Origin: a virus
Reading direction: 5' to 3' (one strand)
IMG/VR virus record: IMGVR_UViG_3300042544_001941
Length of the DNA stretch: 64,000 nucleotides
Both the position numbers and the translations under genes were made by a program. A model generated the notes under the pieces. It worked only from the letters and a program-made list of their open reading frames with translations, searched no databases and was not told the origin of the DNA. Positions within the stretch are counted from its first letter, which is position 1, and every line of letters begins with the position of its first letter. This document shows, in pieces, positions 47,155-57,925 of this stretch.

Positions 47155-48528
47155 TTATTTTTCTGATATTATTTCAAATTTTATTTCGTCTCTATAAAAT
47201 ATTTCTTCTGTGTGAGTCTTAGCTTTTATTTCAACCCAATACTCTCTTGGAATCATATAACTTGTGTCTAAAACAAATGAATTTTCATTTGTTCTATCTA
47301 ATTTAGTCCAATCATATACATTTACTTGTGTATGACCCTCCTTAACATAAATTCTATAGTATACCTCGTCAAATAGAACAGATTTTGGTTGATTGATAGA
47401 CCTAAGGGTTACCACCACTTTTCTGTTCTCACCTCTTTTTATTTTTTCGTTTAATTTAATTCCATAAAATTGAACTACATATCTCTCTAATTCAGTTTCA
47501 TTGGCTCCAATAGTGAATAATGAAGTATGTGGTTTAGGAATGAATTTTTGTGTAACATCATCAAGACTAATACCGTCTATTTCAATACCTTTCCACTTAT
47601 CATAGAAGAATCGTTTTCCGTCACAAAGAACTCCACTTATACCAAATGTTACCTTGTAAATTCCCTTTCTAATTTTTGTTGTGGTTAGGTTTGACAAACC
47701 CGCAAGAACCGTTCTATTACTATCCATAATATCAACAGTTGGTAAGGTGTCTAAATCGTAGAAGTTTGTACCTCTCGTTACGTATAGATATAAATTTCTT
47801 TGTACGTCTGCGATAAAGTTCTCTCGATTATCTTCTATTGTGTCATCAAAAATAGTTTCTACAAACGGTTCAAAGAATGTTTGTGTGTACATTGTGTAAA
47901 ACGCAACAGATTGGTCAACGTCATTGGTAACGTCCATAAATTCGGGTGAAAATGCTAATACTAAACCATAGTTAATTGATGTACCTGTAACGATACTATT
48001 AACGTACGAAGTAATGTCCGATTTTAAATTTTCATTACCATTATCAAAATGAATGGTGTCAATTATTTGGTTTGGTGATGTGGAATAAACCCCCTCTTGT
48101 GACCAAGTATCTAATGTTGTTCTATTAAACCAGTTTGATGGTCTTTGGTCGAAAGTTTCATTACCTGAAGTATAGTCATAAGCTTGTTCATAATCGAAAC
48201 CTACACCTTCGTCCCAAAACTCATTTATTGGAGAAATGATTAAATCAAATGAGGTTGTTCTTTCTCTACCTTTACCATTTTTTTGACCTAATAAACTTTC
48301 GTCACCAAAAATGGTATTAGTTAAGTGTAAGTAATGTTTTGTATTTGGTGTAATAACCAAATCACCGTTGTCAATTTTAGATTTCAAATCTGTTAAATCT
48401 ACCCTAAATATGAATTTAGAGAAACCAGACCCATAGAAAATCTCGGTATTAGGATTTTTCGCAGTGTTAATCTGTGAATCCTTGATGAGTGTGTTGTTTT
48501 TATTGAAATATGAACGAAAATATGACAT
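47155..48528 (-). CDS. Putative structural (tail/baseplate) protein
   Basis: Beta-rich 457 aa; late motif upstream. Confidence 0.55.
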   Translation of the reverse strand: MSYFRSYFNKNNTLIKDSQINTAKNPNTEIFYGSGFSKFIFRVDLTDLKSKIDNGDLVITPNTKHYLHLTNTIFGDESLLGQKNGKGRERTTSFDLIISPINEFWDEGVGFDYEQAYDYTSGNETFDQRPSNWFNRTTLDTWSQEGVYSTSPNQIIDTIHFDNGNENLKSDITSYVNSIVTGTSINYGLVLAFSPEFMDVTNDVDQSVAFYTMYTQTFFEPFVETIFDDTIEDNRENFIADVQRNLYLYVTRGTNFYDLDTLPTVDIMDSNRTVLAGLSNLTTTKIRKGIYKVTFGISGVLCDGKRFFYDKWKGIEIDGISLDDVTQKFIPKPHTSLFTIGANETELERYVVQFYGIKLNEKIKRGENRKVVVTLRSINQPKSVLFDEVYYRIYVKEGHTQVNVYDWTKLDRTNENSFVLDTSYMIPREYWVEIKAKTHTEEIFYRDEIKFEIISEK

Positions 48529-48550
48529 CTTTTTATTTAATAAATATCAA

Positions 48551-50068
48551 TTAGTTTATTCTAATTGAATCATTTACCAAATCTCTTTCCATAGTTTGAA
48601 TCAAGTCCTTCAAAATCGACATTCTTTCGGTATCCATATGACCAGGTTCGGCCCAATTATGAACGTGACCAACTAAAAATTCGTACATTTTTTTTAATAT
48701 CTTAATCAAAACTTCACCTCTAACCGTTGAATATGTTGATGGTTCAATTTCAATTAGATAATCTTCTTGGGTATACTCGTAATTGTTAATTTTGGTAAAA
48801 TCCACACTCTTTTTTGGTCCCTTATTCGTACTTGACGATACAAAATACACCTTATCTGCAACTAAATTTGCAAAAGTCTGCTCACCTTTATTGTCCCTTG
48901 CTTTTAGAACTTTTATTTTCTTTTCACTATTTTTGGTCGGTGGGGTTGTAAATTGTTTTGAAAAAATTAAACCTCCTCCCGTACCAAGTCCCCCAACACC
49001 CTTAACTTGTACACCATTCACAAATTTAGTTCGGTTAGTAATTTCTGTTGTGTTTGTAGTTACTCTTGTTTTTAGTTCTCCCGCAGGTCTAAAATAGAAT
49101 GGATGAATATCATCTTTAGGATATGACGTATTGAATTTTGATAATCCTTCATTCGATAATATGTATAATATCTCCCTTAATTCAATATACGCATCCTGAA
49201 TAGATGTTACTGAAACTGTTATTGTAGAACCCGTTGTTGTTCCGTCATTGTAAATTTTAACTTTTTTAGGGTCGGTTATGTCTACATAGGTTGATTCGTT
49301 AAAATAGTTAGAATCAAAAACAGGACCAAATGTGTCCATTATTTTGTAGACATTGATTTTTACTTCTGTTGGGGTCGTTAAATTATCTATAGTATATTCA
49401 ATTAGATGATTTATTTTGGCAACAGGTATTTTTGTTATCTTTATTTTCTCATCCTTAACTTCCATAGTTCTCGGAAATTTCTTTAGTCCGAGTCTTGACA
49501 TCTTTTCAGATAAAAGTGGTACTTCAGATAAACGTTGTCTAAATTTTGGATTTGGTACATCTTTGTTAATAAGTTTACCACCTCTTAACATCATACCATT
49601 TTTTGTGAAAACTATATCAGAACCATAATTTCCATTTAATGCGGTATCATCCAAGGTAGCCATAGTACCAAATGATTTTCTATCAATATAGTTTCCTGCT
49701 TTATCTTTTAAATCAGGTAATCCCTCTACTATCACACCACCATAGGTCGTATCTTTATGTTGTGTTGTAAAGGTTTGATTTTCGAAATCGTGAGGGGATG
49801 TATAAGGTCCTGAGATATACTCAACGTTTTGTGAATCCTTATCAGTATCGTATTGAATTAATTTGACAGATTGTCCAAATTGTGGAATAATATTAATGTG
49901 CGCCGGTAGGAATGGAATAGAAATAAATGGGTCTTTATCGTCCCATTCGGTGTATTTAATACCACCCGCAACCTCACTCAAATACTGACCATATGGTCTA
50001 TATCTAATTCTACCAATTCCCTTTGGGTCGATATTTGAAACACAGACCCCGACGTCAATTATTTTCAT
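48551..50068 (-). CDS. Baseplate hub/spike (gp5/VgrG-like) protein
   Basis: N-terminal DPKGIGRIR OB-fold pattern; C-terminal HVH metal-binding tip motif. Confidence 0.6.
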   Translation of the reverse strand: MKIIDVGVCVSNIDPKGIGRIRYRPYGQYLSEVAGGIKYTEWDDKDPFISIPFLPAHINIIPQFGQSVKLIQYDTDKDSQNVEYISGPYTSPHDFENQTFTTQHKDTTYGGVIVEGLPDLKDKAGNYIDRKSFGTMATLDDTALNGNYGSDIVFTKNGMMLRGGKLINKDVPNPKFRQRLSEVPLLSEKMSRLGLKKFPRTMEVKDEKIKITKIPVAKINHLIEYTIDNLTTPTEVKINVYKIMDTFGPVFDSNYFNESTYVDITDPKKVKIYNDGTTTGSTITVSVTSIQDAYIELREILYILSNEGLSKFNTSYPKDDIHPFYFRPAGELKTRVTTNTTEITNRTKFVNGVQVKGVGGLGTGGGLIFSKQFTTPPTKNSEKKIKVLKARDNKGEQTFANLVADKVYFVSSSTNKGPKKSVDFTKINNYEYTQEDYLIEIEPSTYSTVRGEVLIKILKKMYEFLVGHVHNWAEPGHMDTERMSILKDLIQTMERDLVNDSIRIN

Positions 50069-50069
50069 A

Positions 50070-50267
50070 TTATATTACTCTATTACCAATTTCACCATTT
50101 ATTGTCTCATAATATTCTTCAATACTATCCAAATGTCTAGTTAAATCAATAATAAGACTTTTTGTTTTTTCGTGTTCATCAATTAAAATATCTCTAGCAC
50201 CAAATAAATCAGAGTTTGATTTGTCTTTTACGTTTTTAATAATATCAATAATTTTTTCCTTATCCAT
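50070..50267 (-). CDS. Small hypothetical protein
   Basis: 65-aa coiled-coil ORF in operon. Confidence 0.65.
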   Translation of the reverse strand: MDKEKIIDIIKNVKDKSNSDLFGARDILIDEHEKTKSLIIDLTRHLDSIEEYYETINGEIGNRVI

Positions 50268-50270
50268 ATT

Positions 50271-52163
50271 TTAAAATAATTTACCGGCACCCACAACCAT
50301 AGGTGTAATAACAGCGCCCGCAACACCCGCAGGTATTATCGATGGTTTAAGTCCGATTTTTACAAATGAATCTTCATCCATAGTTTTACTATAACCGTCA
50401 ATGGTTGCTTTAAGTGCTTTGTTCCATTTATTTTCTCTATCGTAAAGTGGACCTGTTACAATTCCACTCCTTGTCATATTTTCAATTGTCGACATATAAG
50501 CTTTATCAGCACTAAATCCTGGTAACTTATCTGCAATTGCCAATAAAATACCCGGTATAGGTATTTTTAATCTTGCATTTATCGCCCCATTTATTGTTGA
50601 TAATATAGCATTAAAAATTGCCTCACAACTATCTAATTTTGTCGTTAGTAATTTTAATAAAAGTGTTATCAATGATAGTAGTATTGCTTTCCATCTTTTT
50701 AATTTTTTTAATAGTATAGTCTTAGCTACTTTTTTAATAAAATCTAACAAGTCCTTTTTAACAAATTTCCAAAAAGCCTGTATGAACTTCCAAAATATTC
50801 TTTTAACAACATCAAAAAATAATTTAGCCATTCTTACTAAAATTTCGGCAGCACTTGCCACTGCGCCTTTAAATAATTTATAAAGTACTACTATTGGTAA
50901 GAAAAGTTTTGGTGATAGAATTGCTTGTATTAATGCTTTAGGTAAATTTAAAATAAATAAACCTGTAATATTAACCTGTAAATTGTCTAATCCAACAGAA
51001 CCTCCTGATTGTTGGTGACTTTCCGACGCTACTTTATTGAGTGTGTTATCAATTATCGAATCGATATTTTTACCTGGTTTTTTAGTAAAGTGTACAAAAT
51101 CCTCCAAATGATTTTTATTAACAGGAGACTCAAAATTACCACAATCGGCATATCTTAAAACTCTTCTTAATCTTGCATTTTCATCATCGATATCAATACC
51201 TTCTACATCTTCAAAATTAAAGTAGGTTTCTACATCATCTTCTTCGTTGTTTGTAGTGTCAACAGCATTTTCATTTAATGGACTTGCGTTTTTTTGTGGT
51301 TTACCACAGATAGCAAATAATTTTTGACAAATTCTGTTTAAATTATTCATACCTACTGTAAATGATTGAGGAGCGTCGTCCATTCCTTGAACAGTCATCA
51401 TCATTGCTTGTTTTACCACATTGGTAATGTCAGGATATTCAATTGCGGAATAATAATCAGTTAAAAAATTTTCAACAGTTGTTGCACCTGTGACTCCTTG
51501 TAATCCCGAAATATTATATACTTGGGATGAATCGTTCCACTGCATAGTAAAAATAGTCTTATAGTCCTTGTTGTTGAAAAAATATGCAGATGAAGAATCG
51601 AAATTGCTATACAATTCCTTATTCATTTTTATAAATCCTGTATCTTCACTTGTTTCGTACATTATTTGACCTGTATTACTATCAGGTGCAACTTTTAACA
51701 TACTTAAAAAATCAATTTCTTTAGGTGATATATCAACATTATTCGCCGGCATCAAACTATTACTTCCACAAATCCCTCCACCACTAAAAAATGATTTTTT
51801 CACAGAATCCATAACAATTTGTTTAGATTCTCTAAGGGTTATGTTCGAGGATTCTTTTGCGTAATATTTTAATTTGTTTTTTACAACCGGCTTTTGATTT
51901 GGGTTAATACTATTTGTATCGTTTGAACCCATAAATCCCTCAAAGGTCTTTATTAATTCACCAAATATGTCTTTTTTTTGGGTTTGTTTTGCTTTTCTTT
52001 TGTCCTTAAAATCGTCTATCTTTCTTTTAATGGACCCGTCAATGTCAGGCATTTGGTCTTTAACCAAATCAAACACGTCATCAACGTATGTTGGTTTTTC
52101 GTCTGCTAATTTTTTAATAGCATCTAATTTTGCTCTAATAAGTGCTCTTTGTGGATTTGCCAT
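50271..52163 (-). CDS. Hypothetical protein with amphipathic Leu/Lys-rich helices
   Basis: 630-aa ORF. Confidence 0.7.
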   Translation of the reverse strand: MANPQRALIRAKLDAIKKLADEKPTYVDDVFDLVKDQMPDIDGSIKRKIDDFKDKRKAKQTQKKDIFGELIKTFEGFMGSNDTNSINPNQKPVVKNKLKYYAKESSNITLRESKQIVMDSVKKSFFSGGGICGSNSLMPANNVDISPKEIDFLSMLKVAPDSNTGQIMYETSEDTGFIKMNKELYSNFDSSSAYFFNNKDYKTIFTMQWNDSSQVYNISGLQGVTGATTVENFLTDYYSAIEYPDITNVVKQAMMMTVQGMDDAPQSFTVGMNNLNRICQKLFAICGKPQKNASPLNENAVDTTNNEEDDVETYFNFEDVEGIDIDDENARLRRVLRYADCGNFESPVNKNHLEDFVHFTKKPGKNIDSIIDNTLNKVASESHQQSGGSVGLDNLQVNITGLFILNLPKALIQAILSPKLFLPIVVLYKLFKGAVASAAEILVRMAKLFFDVVKRIFWKFIQAFWKFVKKDLLDFIKKVAKTILLKKLKRWKAILLSLITLLLKLLTTKLDSCEAIFNAILSTINGAINARLKIPIPGILLAIADKLPGFSADKAYMSTIENMTRSGIVTGPLYDRENKWNKALKATIDGYSKTMDEDSFVKIGLKPSIIPAGVAGAVITPMVVGAGKLF

Positions 52164-52540
52164 TAGTTATCGTAGTTAGCGTTTTTTATATTATTATCGT
52201 CATCGTTAACTAATTTCTCTAAAAGTTCCCTATCCTCGTCAGATAATGTCATTTTAGAGAATCCTTCTTTACCTGCAGGACCACCAGATTGTTTCAACAA
52301 TGCTCCCTGTAATTTAACTAATGAAATCTTCTTTTCTGTACAATCATTTAGTATTTTTTGTTGTTCTTTGATTACGGGTCCTATGGTACTCATATCTTCC
52401 GCATCTTTCATAAAAGACAACATTTTTTTCATAATCAGAGACGCGGTACTTCTGTTTTCAACAATATCGTTGTAAATCTCTTGCATTAGCGCCAATGCTG
52501 AGTCAGTGTCTAAGGATATGTTTTTTCTTCTATCTTTCAT
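52163..52540 (-). CDS. Hypothetical protein
   Basis: Start probably MKDRRK, 3 nt after TATTTATG. Confidence 0.65.
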   Translation of the reverse strand: MKDRRKNISLDTDSALALMQEIYNDIVENRSTASLIMKKMLSFMKDAEDMSTIGPVIKEQQKILNDCTEKKISLVKLQGALLKQSGGPAGKEGFSKMTLSDEDRELLEKLVNDDDNNIKNANYDN

Positions 52541-52557
52541 ATACATAAATAGATATT

Positions 52558-53259
52558 TTATGAATTTAGAAACCCAAAAATAACACCATCGTACATTTTT
52601 CTATATTTCTTAAGAGCAATCCTGATTTCCTTAGTGTTTAATGAAGTCATTTCCCTTAAGGATAATAATATTAGATTTTTGTTGAATTTGTTACCTTCCC
52701 CAACTTGGAAGATTTTTTCAAAACTGCTAAAAATTTCAAGTAACGCATAACCAAGTTTTTGTTCGTTTTCATTTAAATCTTCAGATTCAATGAACTCTTC
52801 CAATTGGATGGTCATTTTGATTATAACATCTTTATAATCTAACGTGGTTTCGTCTAAAATATATGAGAACTCAGGATTGTTTTCCATATCCGATGATATG
52901 TCATCATAGGATATCGTTCTATTATTGTCTTTACTATCTTTTTGGATTGCACCCATAAGATAGTTCTTACAGATTGTACCGAAATAGGAGTAAGCTTTAT
53001 GGTTTTTTGTGTGGTCAAACTTACTGATTTTAGTCATTAAAAATGACATAGTATCAGTATGTAAGTCAGAAAATTCCATATCTTTTCTGTAAAGTTTATA
53101 ACGTCGAATAATTGATTCGACCATTATAATTAGGGGTTCACGTAAATATTCGTTGAATATCTTATTCTTTTCCGCATCATCAGTACTTTCAAGGTACATA
53201 ACTACCGCCTTCTCTTGTTCCTCCCCAAAATATATTTTTTGGGTCCTTTTTCTTGGCAT
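52558..53259 (-). CDS. Phage sigma factor, T4 gp55-like (late transcription)
   Basis: Region-2-like MVESIIRRY..DLHTD..KFD..KAYSYFGTICKNYL. Confidence 0.7.
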   Translation of the reverse strand: MPRKRTQKIYFGEEQEKAVVMYLESTDDAEKNKIFNEYLREPLIIMVESIIRRYKLYRKDMEFSDLHTDTMSFLMTKISKFDHTKNHKAYSYFGTICKNYLMGAIQKDSKDNNRTISYDDISSDMENNPEFSYILDETTLDYKDVIIKMTIQLEEFIESEDLNENEQKLGYALLEIFSSFEKIFQVGEGNKFNKNLILLSLREMTSLNTKEIRIALKKYRKMYDGVIFGFLNS

Positions 53260-54053
53260 TAATCTGCTACATAATTTATATCACGTTTATTTTTGAAGAA
53301 AAATTCTTTTTTTGCTGTTTCTAACCAAAACTTTACTTCATTTTCGTTTAGTCTTCCGTCTTCACCATTTTTGTATGTCCAAAATAAAGAGTCTTCTCTA
53401 AAATTAACGTGTTGGTATCCTACTCTTGGGATTACCATAACTTTAACACCATTATGTGTTAATCTTAGTAAGAATTCATATGTAAAAGTTAATTTAATAT
53501 TGTCTTTAAATAAACCATTTTCTTTAACTACTTCCGTTTTAAACAATCCACCACTAGTTTGATAATTTTGGAATTCTAATAGAACTTCGTTATCAACGAA
53601 CCCTTGGTTATCAGTAAAACCGTAAGCCCAAGCGGATTCGTTGGTGAAAGATATAAATGAACCTTCAACATTAATGTCCTTTACAATTGGTAAAAACACA
53701 TCAACAGTTGGGTTGTTTTTAATGTATTCATTTACTGATGTTAACCAAATAGGTTTAAACTCATCATCAATTTCTAAAATACTAAACCACTCAGTATCAC
53801 AAGATGAAATACCAAGATTTATTTGTGTACAGAAGTCAGTTTCTTTACTTGTATTTGTGACAAGTTCAACTTCTAACTTTTGACCAAATTCAAAATTGTC
53901 AAGTTTATTTTTTACATCTAATGGACAAATGATTTTTAGTTTAATGTCATTGTGGAAATCCTCAATAGACTCTAATGCATTTGATAACATTATTGATTCT
54001 TCTTCACCAATTTTATGAATTGGTAATAGTATGGTTATATTTTTACTCTTCAT
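53259..54053 (-). CDS. GT2 glycosyltransferase
   Basis: ITILLPIH, INLGI, ILEIDD, YEFLLRL. Confidence 0.75.
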   Translation of the reverse strand: MKSKNITILLPIHKIGEEESIMLSNALESIEDFHNDIKLKIICPLDVKNKLDNFEFGQKLEVELVTNTSKETDFCTQINLGISSCDTEWFSILEIDDEFKPIWLTSVNEYIKNNPTVDVFLPIVKDINVEGSFISFTNESAWAYGFTDNQGFVDNEVLLEFQNYQTSGGLFKTEVVKENGLFKDNIKLTFTYEFLLRLTHNGVKVMVIPRVGYQHVNFREDSLFWTYKNGEDGRLNENEVKFWLETAKKEFFFKNKRDINYVAD

Positions 54054-55101
54054 TGTTTTCTGCTTTAACTTTTTCGATTGCCTTTTTAATAGAATCTTCT
54101 CTGATACTGATTAGAGAATTGAATATTGACAATGTATTATTATTGTGGGTTTCTTTAGTATATGGTACCACAGTCTCTCTCATCTTTTCTTTTACTTCAC
54201 TTGTAAGTTCAACACCTTCTAACCAAGCTAAAATAAATGTACCTAAAATCTCAACTAATTTATTTACATCATAAGTCCATAAACCATTTTCAGTTAACCA
54301 ATCAGGTTCAGTGTTAGGAATTTTACCAACAACAGGGACACCACATTTCATAGATTCTAATGGGAAAGTTCCGAATGTTGATTCGTCATCAACCCAAAGT
54401 GATACCATACATTCTTTTAGATTATCGGCAAACTCATCGTAAGACATTTGCACCATATCTCTAAATGTTATCCATCTTAATTGTGGGTACTTAATGTAAA
54501 ATTCAGAAATTAATTTTCTATGAATCAATCTGTCTCTACAACTAATTGCCACGTATGGTTTAATTGGTTTATCTGTAGGTTGGAAATTATCCCCGATAAA
54601 CGGTGGAATTAAATGAACCAAACTTTCAGGGAAATAATCTAAAATATATTTCTTTGAAGATTCACTGGTTGTGATACATTTATCAAAACCATAATCACTC
54701 CATCTACTACCAATTGGTAAAGTTTCAAAGATGTAATCTTTTTGTTGTACTAACATAACCTTAACAGATTTAATGTTAGACAATTGAGGTAATACGTTTG
54801 AATAATATTCAGGTACAACGATAACATCTTCAACTTTGATTTCAACTTTATCTTCTTTAATTGAAACGACTTCGAGACTATTATATTTGTCACCTAACCA
54901 ACCGTCAACACCTGTGTACGTTTTATCCTCAACTAAAATCTTAACGAGTCTTCCGCTTTCTTTTAGTGCTAACGCCATATCGTAGATATTTTTTACCGCA
55001 GCTCTGGCGTTATTTTTGGTATCATATGTTAAAAAATATATGACGTTTTCTTTATTACTAATCCTACTTAGTGAGGATTCTAACTTTTCAATGTTACTCA
55101 T
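54043..55101 (-). CDS. GT-B (GT4-like) glycosyltransferase
   Basis: STFGTFPLESMKCGVPVV. Confidence 0.75.
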   Translation of the reverse strand: MSNIEKLESSLSRISNKENVIYFLTYDTKNNARAAVKNIYDMALALKESGRLVKILVEDKTYTGVDGWLGDKYNSLEVVSIKEDKVEIKVEDVIVVPEYYSNVLPQLSNIKSVKVMLVQQKDYIFETLPIGSRWSDYGFDKCITTSESSKKYILDYFPESLVHLIPPFIGDNFQPTDKPIKPYVAISCRDRLIHRKLISEFYIKYPQLRWITFRDMVQMSYDEFADNLKECMVSLWVDDESTFGTFPLESMKCGVPVVGKIPNTEPDWLTENGLWTYDVNKLVEILGTFILAWLEGVELTSEVKEKMRETVVPYTKETHNNNTLSIFNSLISIREDSIKKAIEKVKAENNEE

Positions 55102-55378
55102 TTTCTTCTATTAATATGTTATTTTTTAGTAAAGTATTGAATGCAATTCTAAATGAAACAGTGGTTTCTTTTTGAGCAAATATTCCCATTTCCTCGTCTG
55201 AGTCTTCAAATTCGTTTAAAACTCTTTCAATACACATTTTTATTACTTCGTACTTGAAGATGTTGATTTCAAGAGTTTCTGAATCATCTTCTTCATCTTT
55301 AATTGTTTTACCGGTTCTACATACTTCACTAATCGAGTCAAGGTCGATGTAATAAAGTTTTCCGAAGACTTCAACCAT
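55094..55378 (-). CDS. Hypothetical protein
   Basis: 94-aa ORF coupled to GT. Confidence 0.65.
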   Translation of the reverse strand: MVEVFGKLYYIDLDSISEVCRTGKTIKDEEDDSETLEINIFKYEVIKMCIERVLNEFEDSDEEMGIFAQKETTVSFRIAFNTLLKNNILIEENE

Positions 55379-55959
55379 AATTTATCTATTTCTGTTAATT
55401 TATTGATTTCTAACTTATTTGTAAAGTACTCATTATATGTGGTGTTAAACTTAATTGCCTTTTTATTTTTTGGACAGGCGTCAATAATCTTTTTATTATC
55501 TGTAATCCACAAATCACATTTACTCCATAGGTTTGAAATATCTGAGGTTGTGATAAACTTGATGTTGTTTGACATACAACCATTTCTCGATAAGTAAAAT
55601 AGAGTTGCGGATTTAGCTTTACCCAATTCATCCAAACCAACTAATGTAATGTTGTGTTCTTTATTTTCGTAGACAAACTTATTAAACTCAAGAAACACGT
55701 TTTGGTAACTATTGGTTGCGTGACCAAATATTTCTATTGGGTAATCGATGAATACAAAGTTTTCAAATTCTTCTTTCGATTGAAATTTGTAGTAATCTAA
55801 AAGATTATCGTTTTGGATTTTACCTTCTTTACCATATTCAAAAGATTCTCTTTCGTCCCCTTCTTCAACTTCGGTATCAATAAAATAATCTTGGTAGTGA
55901 TAATCGAATTTCTGTATGATGTTTCTTAGAACACCGTCTATACTTATAAAAATTTCCAT
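55243..55959 (-). CDS. HAD-superfamily 5'-nucleotidase-like protein
   Basis: ISIDGVLR, DLWITDN, FNTTYN. Confidence 0.6.
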   Translation of the reverse strand: MEIFISIDGVLRNIIQKFDYHYQDYFIDTEVEEGDERESFEYGKEGKIQNDNLLDYYKFQSKEEFENFVFIDYPIEIFGHATNSYQNVFLEFNKFVYENKEHNITLVGLDELGKAKSATLFYLSRNGCMSNNIKFITTSDISNLWSKCDLWITDNKKIIDACPKNKKAIKFNTTYNEYFTNKLEINKLTEIDKLWLKSSENFITSTLTRLVKYVEPVKQLKMKKMIQKLLKSTSSSTK

Positions 55960-55995
55960 AGTTTAAATATAACACTAAGGAGATTATAAGTAAAC

Positions 55996-56035
55996 AATAA
56001 ACCCACACCATTATGATAAACGATGTGGGTTTATT
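55996..56035. terminator. Hairpin terminator after phoH
   Basis: aataaacccaca...tgtgggtttatt. Confidence 0.55.
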
Positions 56036-56055
56036 AATCAAAAATAGATTTATTG

Positions 56056-56766
56056 TTATTCGTACCTTTCTAATATTTCTGATATGATAGGATTTCTCAC
56101 GATATCCTCCATACCAAATTCAAAGACACCAATACCTCTAACATCACCTAATCTCTTTTTAGCGTCATATAAACCTGACTTGGTTTTATCTTTAAATTTA
56201 TCTGATTGTTCTAAGTCTCCCGATAAAAAGAACTTTGAGTTGAATCCGATACGAGTTAGTAATAATTTAATTTGTGCAGGAGTAGCGTTCTGAGCTTCTT
56301 CAAAAACAAGAATAGTATTATCCACATTCCATCCTCTCATATAAGCAAGTGCAGCAACTTCAATGAATCCTTCATCTTTCAATGCCTCTCTCGACTCCTT
56401 ACCAATTATCTTATTTAAAAGATAATACGAAGGATAAATGTACGGGTCTAACTTTTCTTCTAATCCACCGGGTAGGGAACCTAATTTTTCCTCAGCTTCC
56501 ACAGCAGGTCTAACAATGATAATTTTTTCATATTTGTTATTATCATCCCACAATAAATCGATTGCTCTTTTCATTGCGATGTACGATTTTCCTACCCCCG
56601 CCGGTCCAAAACATAAAGTAATTTGATTATCACCTAAGATTTTCCAGTATTCTTCTTGATTTTTAGTTAAAAACTTCTCTTTTGGTTTTTTAATTAATTC
56701 CCTAATTCTTTGTTTAGGTAGTGTTTTCTTATCCTCTTGGACACTTTTTACTTTCTGTTTCAACAA
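56056..56766 (-). CDS. phoH: PhoH-family ATPase
   Basis: GPAGVGKS, RPAVEAEEKLGSLPG, YMRG, EEAQN, GDLEQSD. Confidence 0.92.
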   Translation of the reverse strand: MLKQKVKSVQEDKKTLPKQRIRELIKKPKEKFLTKNQEEYWKILGDNQITLCFGPAGVGKSYIAMKRAIDLLWDDNNKYEKIIIVRPAVEAEEKLGSLPGGLEEKLDPYIYPSYYLLNKIIGKESREALKDEGFIEVAALAYMRGWNVDNTILVFEEAQNATPAQIKLLLTRIGFNSKFFLSGDLEQSDKFKDKTKSGLYDAKKRLGDVRGIGVFEFGMEDIVRNPIISEILERYE

Positions 56767-56811
56767 AATATCTCCTGTTTAATTTGTGTGTTATTATGTT
56801 ATAAATATCAT

Positions 56812-57447
56812 CTAACTACCTGTAGAACCAAATCCACCTTCTCCTCTTTCAGTATCTGAAAGTTCGGTGGACTCTATCATTTTTATTTGTGGGTAGGGTA
56901 AAATTACTATTTGAGCTCCTCTTTCCCCTGTATTGTATTTAAACGAATCCAACCCGTTTGTTTTCTTAAACGTAGCTTGTAACTCACCTCTATAACCACT
57001 ATCAATTACACCAACTGAATTAGACAATAATAAATCATACTTTCTAATTGATGACCTTGGGAATACTAATCCGACATATCCTTTAGGTATTTCTAATGCA
57101 ATACCAAAACCATATGATACACTAAATGAAGTATTTTCAATAACAGATGTGATGGTTAAATCCATACCCGCATCTCCTTCTTTTGAATAAGAAGGGATAA
57201 CCGCGTTAGGGTGTAATTTTTTTACTTTTACTTTGGTGTAAAATACGGGTTGGTCGGGTTTAACATTTGTGATAGATTCCATCATTTCATTCTCAACGTC
57301 TTTGTTCAATGAAACCAATACGTGGTTCAATGTCTGAATGAAATTATCATCTAAATCACCTGAATTGTCGGTATCGGAATCTTCCGATATTTCGTTATTC
57401 AATTCCATCAATTTATTGATGTAATCTTGGACTTTATCTTTTTCCAT
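56812..57447 (-). CDS. dut: dUTPase with acidic N-terminal extension
   Basis: AGMDL, PRSS, GVIDSGYRGE, RGEGGFGSTG. Confidence 0.93.
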   Translation of the reverse strand: MEKDKVQDYINKLMELNNEISEDSDTDNSGDLDDNFIQTLNHVLVSLNKDVENEMMESITNVKPDQPVFYTKVKVKKLHPNAVIPSYSKEGDAGMDLTITSVIENTSFSVSYGFGIALEIPKGYVGLVFPRSSIRKYDLLLSNSVGVIDSGYRGELQATFKKTNGLDSFKYNTGERGAQIVILPYPQIKMIESTELSDTERGEGGFGSTGS

Positions 57448-57451
57448 AATA

Positions 57452-57667
57452 TTAATTACTTCGTTTTTCTGAAATCCATTTATCTAATGCCTTAATTCTT
57501 TTTTTAAGGTCTTCGTCTTGAGGTCTTAAACAAATTTCAACGAATAAATCAGTAATTCGTACCAATTCCTCTAAAGTTACTGACACTCCGACAGATTGTA
57601 CATACTCCAAAGCCATTTTACTTTGGGATTGACGCATAATCTGTATTTCACGACTATAGAATTCCAT
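57452..57667 (-). CDS. Hypothetical protein
   Basis: 71-aa ORF. Confidence 0.65.
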   Translation of the reverse strand: MEFYSREIQIMRQSQSKMALEYVQSVGVSVTLEELVRITDLFVEICLRPQDEDLKKRIKALDKWISEKRSN

Positions 57668-57679
57668 TTTTTTTATTTT

Positions 57680-57913
57680 TTATGATTTGTAATATTCAGG
57701 AGTATTTTTTTCATCGATAACACATTCGATTGGCATCTTAACAACGCTTAAACTTTCACTTCCTCGAATGTCGCCCGCACGATACTTTCCTGCCACGATT
57801 GTTGCTTCCTCTACTGATTCTGCCTGAAGGACGTATTTTACTTTTTTAATACGTGGGTTACCTTCTCTGTCCATTTGTTCGGTTTCATAACCGATAGTTA
57901 CTAAGTAATACAT
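57680..57913 (-). CDS. Hypothetical protein (DUF4494-like)
   Basis: Y..IGYE..EG..KKVKYVLQAESVEEA. Confidence 0.55.
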   Translation of the reverse strand: MYYLVTIGYETEQMDREGNPRIKKVKYVLQAESVEEATIVAGKYRAGDIRGSESLSVVKMPIECVIDEKNTPEYYKS

Positions 57914-57925
57914 AATTGTTCTTTT